NCBI RefSeq assembly: GCF_009914755.1 | Contig: NC_060947.1 | Strand: one strand, 5' to 3' | From: the human T2T-CHM13v2.0 reference genome, Homo sapiens | DNA length: 64,000 nt | Shown: positions 13,142-25,594 of the stretch, one piece after another | How positions within the stretch are numbered: position 1 is the stretch's first letter | Layout: each line of letters begins with the position of its first letter | The notes under the pieces: model-generated | Databases searched by the model: none | Told to the model about the DNA's origin: nothing | What the model saw: the letters and a program-made list of their open reading frames with translations, nothing else | Program-made: the position numbers and the translations under genes

Positions 13142-14050
13142 ATGCCCAGACACAATAAGTCACCAGGGACGAATCCTGGAGAAACAGAGATATGTGAATT
13201 TCAGACAGAATTCAAACTAACTGTTTTGAGGAAATGCAAATAAATTCAAGATAAGCAGAGAAGGAATTCAGATTTCTATCAGATAAATTTAACAAAAAGA
13301 TTGAACTAATTTAAGAGCAGCAAGCAGTAATTCTAGAGTTGAAAAATGCAATGGATATACTGAAAAATGGATCAGTCTTTTAATACCAGAATAGATCAAG
13401 CAGATGAAAGAATTAGGAAGCTTGAAGACAGACTATTTGGAAATACATGGTCAGAGGAGACAAAAGAGAAAAAAATAAAAACACAAAGAAGCATGCCTAC
13501 ATGATCTAGAAAACAGCCTCAAAAGGACAAATCTAAGAGTTACTGGCCTTAAATAGCAGATAGAGAAAAAAAAAGGGTATAAGGTTTATTCAAAAGCATT
13601 ATAACAGAGAACATACCAAAACTAGAAAAATGTATCCAAGTACAAGAAGGTTATAGAACACCAAGTAGGTTTAACCCAAAGAAGACTACCTCAATGCATT
13701 TAATAATCAAACTCCCAAAAGTCAAGGGTAAAGAAAGGATCCTAAAAGCAGCAAGAGAAAAGAAACAAATAACATACAATCAGGCTCCAATATGTCTGGC
13801 AGCAGACATTTCAGTGGAAACCTTACAGGCCAGGAGAGAATGGCATGACATATTTAAAGTGCTGAAGGAAAAAAACGAACTTTTACCCTAGAATAGTATA
13901 TCCAATGAAAATATCATTCAAACATAAAAGAAAAATAAATACTTTTCCAGACAAACAAAAGCTGAGAGATTTCATCAACACCAGAACGCCTACAAGAAAT
14001 GCTAAAGGGAGTATTTCAATCAGAAAGAAAAATATGTTAATGAGCAATAA
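13142..14050 (+). pseudogene. ORF1: Disrupted L1M ORF1
   Basis: Fragments HLIIKLPKVKGKERILKAAREKKQITY...ETLQARREWHDIFKVLKEKN and KISFKHKRKINTFPDKQKLRDFINTR; many stops and frameshifts. Confidence 0.85.
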
Positions 14051-14542
14051 GCAATCATCTAAAGGCACAAAAGAAACTTGTATTAGTAAGTACACAGAAA
14101 AACACAGAATATTATAACACTGTAATTGTGGTGTGTAAACTACCCTTATCTTAAGTATAAAGACTAAAAGATAAACCAATCTAAAATAATAACTATGACA
14201 ACTTTTCAAGACATAGACAGTATAGTAAGATATAAATAAAAACAAAATGAGTTAATTGTGGGATAAAGCTAAGGCATATGGTTCTTATTAGTTTTCTTTT
14301 TGCCTGCTTGTTTGTTTATGCAAGCATTGTTATATTGTTATCGGCTTAAAATAATGGGTTATAAGGTAGTATTTTCCAAGGCTCATGGTAACACAAAATC
14401 AAAATTATATAATGGATATACAGAATAAAGAATAAGGAATTAAATCACAATTAAAGAGAAAATCACCTTCACTAAAAGGAATACAGGTAGAAAAGAAAAA
14501 AGGAAAAGAAGACAACAAAACAACCAGAAAACAAATAACAAA

Positions 14543-16208
14543 ATGGCAGGAGTAAGTGCTTACTTACCAGTAATAACGTAGAATGTAAATGGACTAAACT
14601 CTCCAATGAAAAGACAGAGTGGCTGAATGGATTTAAAAAAGTGAGACCCAGTGATCTGTTGCCATAAGAAACATACTTCAGTTATAAAGATACACATAGA
14701 CTGAAAATAAAGGGATGGAAAAGATATTCCATGTAAATGGAAACCAAAAAAGAACAGAAGCAGCTATACTTATATCAGACAAAATTGATTTCAAGGTAAA
14801 AACTGTAAGAAGAGGAAAAGAAGGTCATTATATAATAATAAAGGGGTCAATTCAACAAGAGAATATAACAATTTTAGATATATATGCACCCAACACTGGA
14901 GCACCCAGATATATAAAGAAAATATTATTAGAGCTAAAGAGACAGACCCCAATACAATAATAGCTGGACAATCCAACACTCCACTTTCAGCATTGGACAT
15001 ATCTTTCAGACAGAAAATCAGCAAGGAGATATTGGACTTAATCTGCACTATAGAACAAATGGACCTAATAGACATTTACAGCACATTTCATCCAATGGCT
15101 GCAGAATACACATTTTTCTCCTCAGCACTTGGACCATTCTCAAGGACAGACCATATGTTAGGTCATAAAACAAGTCTTAAAACATTCAAAAAGTTGAAAT
15201 AATATCAAGCATCTTCTCCGACCACAATTGAATAAAAGTAGAATTCAATAACAAGAGGAATTTTGGAAACTATACAAACAAGCGGAAATTAAACAATATG
15301 TTCCGGAAGGACCAGTGGGTCGATGAAAACATTATGAAAGAAAATGAAAAGTTTCTTGGAACAAATGATAATGGAAACAAAACATACTAAAACTAATGGA
15401 ATACAGTGAAAGCAATACTAAGAGGGAAATTTATAGCTGTGCCTACATCAAGAAAAAAATAAAAACTTTAAATAAATAACGTAAGATGCATCTTAAAGAA
15501 CTGGAAAAGCAAGAGCAAACCAAACCCAATATTAGCAGAAGAAAATAAATAATAAAGAACAGAGCAGAAATAAACAAATTTGAAATGAAGAAAACAATAG
15601 AAAAAAGCAATGAAACTGTAAGTTGGTTTTTTGAAAAGATAAATAAAATTGACAAACTTTAGCCAGGCTAAATATGAAAAAAGAGAGAAGACTCAAATAA
15701 ATAAAATGATGGATGAAAACGGAGACATTACAACTGATACTTCAGAAATTCAAAGGATCATTAGAGGCAACTATTAGCAAGTGTATGCCAACAAATTGGA
15801 AAATCCAGAGGAAATGGATCAATTCCTACACACATAAACCTACAAAGTTTGGACCATGAAGAAATAAAAAAACCTGAACAGACCAATAACAAGTAATAAG
15901 ATCAAAGCCATAATAAAAAAAGTCTCCCAGTAAAGAAAAGCCCAGGACCCTATGGCTTCATTGCTGAATTCTACCAAGCATTTAAAGAACTAATACCAAT
16001 CCTACTCAAACTATTCTGAAAAATAGAGGGAGAGGGACTATTTCCAAACTCATTCAATGAGGACAATATTATTGTGATACCAAAACCAAAGACACGTCAA
16101 AGGAAGAAAACTATAGGGCACTATCTCTGATGAATATTGATACAAAAAGCCTCAACAGTATACTAGCAAACCAAATTCAACAATACATTAAAAAGATGAT
16201 TCGTCATA
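14543..16208 (+). pseudogene. ORF2: Disrupted L1M ORF2, endonuclease to start of RT; resumes at about 19768
   Basis: atggcaggagtaagt...; EN motifs AILISDKIDFK, GSIQQENITILDIYAPNTGAP, DLIDIYSTFHP. Confidence 0.88.
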
Positions 16209-16859
16209 AAGAGACTTTATTTTTTTTATTTTTTTTTCAGACTTTATTTTTGAAAGTCTTATCAGTAATTTTTTAAGTTTTATTTTAGCTTCAGGGGTAC
16301 ATGTGCAAGTTTATTATATAGGTAGGTTGAGTGTCTAAGGGGTTTGGTGTACAGATTATTTTGTCACCCTGGTAAAATGCATAGTATCCAATAGGTAGTT
16401 TTTTGCTCCTCTCCTCCCTCCCACCCTCCAAGCTCAAGTAGGCCTCAGTGTCTGCTCTTCCCCTCTTTGTGTCTATATGTTCTCATATTATAGCTCCTAC
16501 TTATGAGAAAATGTGCTATTTGTTTTTCTGTTCTTGCATTAGTTTGCTTAGGACAATGGCTTCCAGCTCCATTCATGTTGCTGCAAGGGACATGACTTCA
16601 TTCTTTTTATGGCTGCATAGTATACTATGGAGTGTATGTTCCACATTTGCTTTATTCACTCTACCATTGATGGGCATTTAGGGTGATTCCATATCTTTGC
16701 TATTGTGAATAGTGCTGTGATGAAAATATGCATGCAAGTGTCTTTATGATGAAATAATTTATAATTCCTTGGGTACATACACCAAATAGTGGGATTTCTG
16801 GGTCAAATGGTATTCTAAGTTCTTTGAGGAATCACCATACTACTTTCCACAATGGCTGA

Positions 16860-17244
<385 letters not shown>

Positions 17245-17646
17245 CTTGACTTTTTAATAATAGCCATTCTGACTGGCATGAGATTGTATCTCATGGTGGT
17301 TTTGATTTGCTTTTATCTAATGACTAATGATGTTGGGCATTTTTGCATACGCACACTGGCCACGTGCATGTGTTCTTTTGAAAAGTATCTGTTTATGTCC
17401 TTTGCCCACTTTTTAAAAATGGGGTTGTTTTTTGCTTGCAAATTCATCTACATTCCTTATAAGATTCTGGCTACTAGACGTTCTTTGGATGCAGAGTTTG
17501 CAAAAATTTTCTCCCTTTCTGTAGGTTATGTTTTTAATCTGTTGATATTTTCTTTTGCTGTGCAGAAGCTCTTTAGTTTAGTTAGATCCCATTTGTTATT
17601 TTTTTGTTTGCATTGCAATTGCTTTTCATGTTTTCATCATCAAATC

Positions 17647-19458
17647 AGATGTGGTTTGGTTTGGCTGTGTCTGCACCCAAATCTCATCATGAATTACAGC
17701 TTCCATAATCCCCACGTGTCGTGGGAGGGACCCAGTGGGAGGTCATTGAATCATTGGTCCAGGGTTTTCCCATGCTGTTCTCATGATAGTGAATAAGTCT
17801 CATGACATCTGATCATTTTATAAATGGGAGTTCCCCTGCACATGCTCTCTTGCCTGCCACCATGTAAGACGTGACTTTGCTTTTCCTTTGCCTTCTGCCA
17901 TTATTGTGAGGCCTACTGAGCCATATGGAACTGTGAGTTCATTAAACCTCTTTCCTTTATAAATTACCCAGTCTCGGGTATGTCTTTATTAGCAGCATGA
18001 GAACAGACTAATACAGTAAGTTGGTACCAGGTAGTAGGGCACTACTGTAAAGATAGCTGAAAATGTGGAAGTAACTTTGGAACTGGGTAATAGGGAGAGG
18101 TTGGAACAGTTTAAAGGGTGCAGTAGAAGATAAGAAAATGGGGGAAAGTTTGTAGCTTCCTAGAGACTTGTTGGATGGCTTTGATCAAAATGCTGATAGT
18201 GATATGGACAGTAGAACCTGGACTGAGGTGGTCTCAGATGAAGAAGAGGAACTTGTTGGTAATTGGAGTAAAGTTCACTCTTGCTATGCAAAGAGACTGG
18301 TGGCATTTTGCCCCTGCCCTAGAGATTTGGGGAACTTTGAACTTGAGAGAGATAATTTAGGGTATTTGGGGGAAGAAACTTCTAAGCAGCAAAGCATTCA
18401 AGAGGAAGCAGAGCATAAAAGGTTGGAAAATGTGCAGCCTAACAATGCAATAGAAAAGAAAAACCCATTTTCTGGGGAGAAATTCAAGCTGGCTCCAGGA
18501 ATTTGCTGGAGTCCCTACTGTGACACTGCCTAGTGGAGTGGTGAGAAGAAAGCCACCGTCCTCCACACCCTGGAATGGCAGATCTACCGACAGCTTGTAC
18601 TGTGCATCCAGAAAAGTCAAAGACAATCAATGTCAGCCTGTGAAAGCAGCCAGGAGCAGGCGTGTACCCTGCAAAGCCATAGAGGTGGAGCTGCCCAAGG
18701 CTGTGGGAGCCCATCTCTTGCATCAGCATGCCCTGGATGTGAGACATGGAATCAAAGGAGATCATTTTGGAACTTTAAGGTTTAATGACTGCTCTGTTGG
18801 ATTTAGGACTTGCATTGGGCCTGTTGCCCCTTTGTTTTGGCCAATTTCTCCCACTTGGAATGGGTGTATTTACCAAATGCCTGTACCCCCATTGTATCTA
18901 AGAAGTAACTAAATTGCTTTTGATTTTACAGGCTCCTAGGCAGAAGGGACTTGCCTTGTCTCAGGTGAGACTTTGGACTGTGGACTTTTGGGTTAATGCT
19001 GAAATGAGTTTAGACTTTGGGGGACTGTCAGGAAGGCAAAATTGGTTTTGAAATGTAAGTACATGAGATTTGGGAAGGGTTGGGGTGGAATAACATGGTT
19101 TGGTTTGGCTGTGTCCCCACCAAAATCTCATCTTGAATTGTAGCTCCCATAGCCCTACATATCATGGGAGGGACTTGCTGTGAGGTAATTGAATCATGGG
19201 GGTAGAGTTTTCTCATGCTGTTCTCATGACAGTGAATAAGTCTCATGAGATCTGATGGTTTTATAAAAGGGTGTTCTCCTGCACATGATCTCTTGCCTGC
19301 CACCATGTGAGATATGCCTTTGCTTCTCCTTTGCCTTCTGCCATGATTGTGAAGGCCCTCCAGCCATGTGGTACTGTGAGTCCATTAAGCCTCTTTCCTT
19401 TGTAAATTATTCAGCCTCGGGTATGTCTTTATTAGCAGCGTGAGAACACACTAATGCA
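17647..19458 (+). mobile_element. THE1B MaLR provirus: 5' LTR 17647-18015, internally deleted THE1-int 18016-19090, 3' LTR 19091-19458
   Basis: Two homologous LTRs ending ctaataca/ctaatgca; internal MaLR ORF remnant (LDGFDQNADSDMD...EELVGNWSK); polypurine tract gggaagggttggggtggaa; perfect TSD aaatc (17642, 19459). Confidence 0.93.
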
Positions 19459-22400
19459 AAATCTTTGCCAGGTCCTATGTCAGGAATGGTATTTCCTAGG
19501 TTATCTTCCAGGGTTTTTTTACAGTTTTAGGTTTTACATTTAAGTCTTTAAGCCATTTTGAGTTGATTTTTGTGTATGGTGTAAAGAATGGGTGCAGTTT
19601 CAATCTTCTGCATATGGCAAGCCAGTTATCCCAGCACCATTTACTGAAGAGGGAGTCGTTTCCAAGTTGCTTCTTTTTCTTAATTTTGTCGAAGATTAGA
19701 TGCATGGCACTGGTACAAAAACAGACACAGAGACCAATGGAACATAATAGAAAGCCCAGAAATAATACCTAACTTTAAATTAAACTACAGAGCTATAATA
19801 AACAAAACGGCATGGTACTAGCATAAAAACAGACATATAAATCAGTGGAACAGAATAGATAAGCCAGAGATAAATCCATACATCTATGGTGAGCTAGTTT
19901 TGACAAAAGTGCCAAGAACATATATTGGGAAAAGGACAGCCTCTTCAATAAATAGTGCTGTCAACACTGGGCATCCATATGCAGAAGAATCACACTCAAC
20001 TCCTATCTCTCACCATATACAAATATCAAATCAAAATGGATTACAGGCTTAAATCTAAGACCCCAAACCATGAAACTACTACAAGAAAACATTCAAGAAA
20101 CTCTACAGGACATTGGACTAAGCATAGATTTCTTCAGTAATACCCCACAGGCACAGGTAACCAAGGCAAAAATAGGCAAATGGGATCACATCAAGTTAAA
20201 AAGCCTTTGCAAAAAAAAAAAAAAAAAAAAAGGAAACAATCAACAAAGTGAAGAGACAACACACAGAATGGGATTAAATATTTGCAAACTATCCATCTCT
20301 CAAGGGATTAATAATTCATAACCAGAATATATAAGGAGCTCAAACAACTCCATAGGAAAAAAAGCTAATAATCCAATTAAAAATGGGCAAAAGAACTGAA
20401 TAGACATTTCTCAATAGACATACAAATGGCAAAAAGTATATAAAAAAGTGCTCAACATCATTGATCACCAGAGAAATGCAAGTCAAAACTACAATGCAAT
20501 ATCATCTCACCCCAGTTAAAATGGCTTATATCCAAAAGTCAGCAATAAGAAATGCTGGTGAGGATGTGGAGAAAAGGAAACCTTCATACACTGTTGGTGG
20601 GAATGTAAATTAGTACAACCACTATGGAGAACAGTTTGGAGGTTTCTCAAAAAACTAGTAATACAGCCCACATATCCCACTCCTAGATAAATATCCAAAA
20701 GAAAGGAGATCAGTAGATCAAAGAGATATACTTCTACGTTTAATTATAGCAAAATTCACTATAGCCAAGATTTGGATTCAACCTAAGTGTTCATCAACAG
20801 ATGAATGGATAAAGAAAATGTAGGACAAATACACAGTGGAGTACTTACTATTCAGCCATAAAACAATAAGATCTTGTCACTTGCAACAACATGGATGAAA
20901 CTAGAGGTCATTATGTTAAGTGAAGTAAGCCAGGCACACAAAGACAATCTTCACATGTTCTTACTTATTTGTGGCAGCTAGAAATTAAAAGAATTTAACT
21001 CATGGAGATATAGAATAAAAGAAAGGTTATCAGAGGCTAGGAAGGGTAGTGGGCATGAGTGGGTAATAAGTGGGGATGGTTAAGGGGTACAATAGAAGTT
21101 AGAAAGAGTGAATAAGACCTAGCATTTGCTAGCAAAACAGGGTGACTGTAATAAAAAATAATTTAATTTTACATTTAGAAATAACTGAAAGAGTATAATT
21201 GGATTATTTGTAACACAAAGGATAAATGTTTGAGATGATGGCTACCCCATTTACCCTGATGTGATTATTATGTGCTGCATGCCTGTATCAAAATATCTCA
21301 TGTAGCTCATAAATATATACACCTACTATGTGCCCACAATTTTTTTCAAATATCTATATAAGCAGCTATTGCTGCAAAAAAAGCATTGCCATATGTTTGA
21401 ACGCAGTACTACCTGTCAGCAAGAGACCAAATGACATATAAACCTTCCTTATTGACACTTGAATCAATATGCCACTAGTTTGCAGCAGCACAGCCATAAT
21501 CACCTACTGAGGAGTTTACAGAAAAAAAAAAAAACAGACACTTAGGTTGATTCCAGGAATTCACATAGAATCAGTGGCCAGTTTATAGCATCTCAAGAGA
21601 ATGAAAGAGTGATAAGGAAGAAAGGCATCTAGAGAAACAGCCAAAAGCTCCACCGCCTTTTGTTAAATGTTCTGCTCACCGCCAACAAAGTTTCACCAAG
21701 ACCGGTCTTGGCAGAGCCTTGGGAAGACTAAAAACTTAAGTTTACACCTAATTCTTAAAAGCAAAGGGTTAGCTAGGTGACTGCTAAAGCGTGTTTCCAA
21801 TCTTTCTTGATCACATATCCTCCTTATCAGTAAAATAATAATAACTCCCAACATGGCTGACATTTGGCTAATACACTCCTGTACTTCCCTACCTATTGTT
21901 TGCATCCATTCTAATTGGCCAGTGTCCAATTAGGCTATCATATTTCTTTAAGGGGATTTTTGAAACAAAATTTCCTGATCTGTCTTGATTTTCCCTGATA
22001 TACTTCATGGCTGTGAAGGCCTCTTCCATAGAGTCACTTTGGAGGTCTGAAAGGGTCACAATATGAAAATTTCCCCTATCTTACATTTGATAGCCCAATG
22101 TTGCCAGCTATTTAAGGTCTGGCTAAGTTAATAAACCAGAGAACACTTGGTTAAAGGGTACATATAAGTGAAAAGAGCTAACTGCTACCAGATGGGTTAG
22201 GAGGTCCAGGAGGAGCCTATTAATTCACCGCTCATCAGCTCTGTCTTCTCTTATGACCAGTTGCAGGGAGTTCTCATGGCTGCTCAACCTCCACCAAAAC
22301 CAGGAGACCCTGGGAGCTCTAGCTATGCAGAAAGCCGTACAGCCAAAAGAAGTCCAGGAAACTTCAAGTGGCAGCAGGGACATTCTGAGCGGGTGTTTCT

Positions 22401-22964
22401 GAACAGCACCTATAATAAGCGATGTGGCTAAAGCAACAGTAGTACCTAGAGGTGAGCAGTGGCAACCTTAGAAAGGTTGACAAACTTTAGGGTAAAACCC
22501 AGACCTTAGCTGGTTCCTTGAGATTTGGAAGCATTTAGTATCTTTGGTTACATGGCCATAACTAGTTTCCTGCTGCCTTTTCACTCCAGCTCATGGTTAT
22601 TCGGTGAGGAGGAGAAGCACCACAGAACAATGCCAACACCAGTTCAGTCTGAGGTGTGAGTGTGGGAGAGGCTGTGAGTGTGAGAAAAGTAGCATGAAAA
22701 ATGCAAACATTCTGATTCTAAAATAGAATATTAAATCCATTTCTATAAGCAAGTACAGGAGGATCTTGGCAGTGTATTAAAGTTCATGATTCCTGCACAT
22801 CATCTCATACTGTAAGTGAAGTCTTAACAAGCGGCAGGGAGATGGGCTGTGGTAGCCAAACATCTTTTACACTTTAAGATAATGTTGTCAGGGACATTGT
22901 TCAGCCATAAGAAGCTAGTTCAAAATGGAAAGGAAACTCAGATGCGTGCTTTAAAAAGTGGGAG

Positions 22965-23208
22965 GTAGCATGGTATGATGAGAAGTGTACAGATTTTGGA
23001 TTCAGGTAAACCTGAGTTCCGATCCCAGACCTGCCATTGAATGTATATTTTCTGACTTCAATCAAGTTGGCTTTCATCTTCTCATTTGTCAAATTGAACT
23101 AGTAATAGCACCTATAAACGAAGGTTTAATGAGGATTAACGAAAATGCTATATATAAAGCCCCAGCACAAGAGTCTGTCACATAATAAGTGCTCAGTAAG
23201 TGGTTATT
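22965..23208 (+). mobile_element. MIR SINE
   Basis: gtagcatggtatgatg...acctgagttccgatcccagacctgccatt...atgaggattaacgaaaatgc...taagtgctcagtaagtggtta. Confidence 0.78.
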
Positions 23209-24894
23209 CACATTCCACTTTGCTCTCATTTTTTCTTGGCCTCTTAGAGTATAAGAACTTAAGACACAGACAAAAACATGGGCCTAGGAAGGCCAGAAAG
23301 TGGAGGATGACTAGGCATAACACTTCTTTTTTTGAGACTGTAACTAGAGACAAAGCATTTCTGCCTTCTAGGTTTGGAAAGGTTCTTGTATAACAATCTG
23401 GGGAGTATAGGCGGGAGGTTAAAATAAACAACTCATTAAACCAGAACATTTAATATGCTATTACAAGAGGCAGGAGGGAAAATTAATAACTTCTAAAGAC
23501 TCCTTGGTCTCCTCTGTGTATCTGTGCTCTGAAGACTTCAGCCAGATCGGCTTGACAGAATATGGGCTTGTCAGGGTAAGTTATGCTCTGATGGGAGGCT
23601 CAGTGGTCTTCCAGCTTTGCCCCAAATGCATGATGATCTCCATTCATGAAGATCTCATACTGACTCATCGGAGAAGTCTAGGAATTGAAAAGCGGAGCTA
23701 AAAATCATTGTGGGCAGCCTTTTCTGAGTATGTAGGAAAGGAAGATCAAGAGATAAATATCTCTGCTAGAAAGGATGCAAACAGCAGTGTTGCCAAATAG
23801 GCTGCCCTACTTGCCTTGCCTAGGATAAGCCATAAAGATTCTTCCCAGACAAACCAAAGTGGTGGCCAAAAGCCCAGATATTACAAATAATTTAATTCAA
23901 AAAAATAGCTGAAAGATACAAATGCTTATGAGAGTCAAGTTGTTTTCCTAGCCTGACTCTCCAAGTGCTCTAAGAACTGATGAGATAAAGCAAACATGTT
24001 ACAAATGTACCACAATTTATTAGGTAAAATTGGTATTTCCTATGTTGAATTTGCTTGAAGATAAATTAGAAGCCATTTCCTTATAAAAAGATTCACACCA
24101 GGATTTTCTTTCAATAGTGAATTTTAGAATAAATTTTCTCCATATGCAGCTCTTCATGAATGTGCCTACTGGGCAAAACAGAAAGTCCTGTAAAAAGAAG
24201 GAAAGAGGTTACGATTTATAAAGAGCCAAGGAAAGCAACTGCCTTCTCATTGGTCATACTGTGCTAACAACCAATCATCAGGAACAGCCAAAAATGTTAC
24301 AAAGGGCTACAATTATAAATGTGGCTCCTGAATTGTCTGTTTGGAATCAAACATTGCCACAAGGTTGCTACATGCATCAGCATCTCTTAGTAAGTATTAT
24401 ATTCTGTGGATATATATTATGGTTAAAATCTATTAAGTACTGATTCTAGGCATCCAGGCAGTCGACATATGTCACCATAGTTCTTTTGGTGATGGAGGAG
24501 AAATTATAATTTAGAAAGGCAAGGAGGAAATAAAATTAGTTTCTATTAAAATTAAAAGAAAGCATTAGCTGACTTCATTAAGGCAAGTCAGAGCCATTAG
24601 GAAATGAAATTACATATCTAAAATCATGAAGCCTTCAGATAGAGCAATAACTATGGAATCTATCTATTTCTCTTCTAAATTTATCCAATGTTACCTCAAA
24701 GCCCTGCCAGAAACATAATTCATTCTCTCATGCCTCTTTCATAGTTAGAGTTATAGAACTTTACATAAGAGGCTAAAATTACCCCATATTGTAAGACACT
24801 TACAAGGTTGCTATTCATGTGTTTAGTCCTAGAGTTGCATCCTGGCCAAAACAGTCTGTGCAATCAAGAGAAATTTCAAAATAAGCCTGGTTTT

Positions 24895-25056
24895 CATTTT
24901 TATTTATTTTTATTGTTTTTACAGGCAGGGTGTCGCTTTGTCACTCAGCACAGCAATCATAGCTCACTGTAATGTCGAACACCTGGCCTCAAGCAATCCT
25001 CCTGCCTCAACCTCCTAAAGGGCTGGGATTACAGGCATGAGCCACCATGCTTGGCC
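24895..25056 (-). mobile_element. FAM/FRAM-type Alu monomer with an internal deletion
   Basis: cagggtgtcgctttgtcactcag...tcaagcaatcctcctgcctcaacctcc...gggattacaggcatgagccaccatgcttggcc. Confidence 0.85.
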
Positions 25057-25081
25057 ATCATTTGTATTGCTTAAACATTGC

Positions 25082-25594
25082 TGTATCAGTCAGAGTCTCA
25101 CCAGGACATAGATAGAATGCTCAAATGGTGTAATTGAGGAAGGTTTAATATAGGGGCCGTTTTTATGAAGATGTAGTCAGGGTAGGGAAAACCAACAAAG
25201 ACAGTGGCATATCTGGGGACTAATAACAGGGGGAAGCTGCTACCATGTCCAGAAGTGAAGGAAACAAGAGAAGGAGTGGTGTTACTAAAACTCAGTGGAC
25301 ACTGTAGCCATAAAAGTAGGGCTTCTCAACAGAAGTTTTAACACTTAATAAAGGAATGAAGCCACTGCCAAAAGCATAACCAGGTTAGTTGTTGGGTAGG
25401 GAATCAATACCCTAACCAACATCTCTCTTTTCTCATTATTTGATCTCATGCTAGTGCCTTCCATTGACTGAATCTGAAGAAGCCCCAGCTAGAGACCTGG
25501 GAGATACAGTACCTAGAGCCTGCAGGGGTGCAAATCAGACAAGAGAATGGTAGAGAATAAATCTGTAGGAAAAAAAATGGAAAATAACTAGTAC
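25082..25594 (-). mobile_element. Old ERVL-class LTR (LTR33/LTR67B/LTR79-like)
   Basis: tgtatcagtcagagtctcaccagg...gaggaaggtttaata; reverse-complement start gtactagttattttccatt...cagatttattctctacc...caatggaaggcactagcatgagatc. Confidence 0.6.

Noticed and set aside
17278-17796. 172-aa hydrophobic ORF resembling a membrane protein
   Set aside because: It is an antisense reading of L1 ORF2 running into the THE1B LTR, a common artefact.
18168-18912. 121-aa and 130-aa ORFs as a novel gene
   Set aside because: They are remnants of the known MaLR internal ORF, as are those at 31912-32402, and are broken by a deletion.
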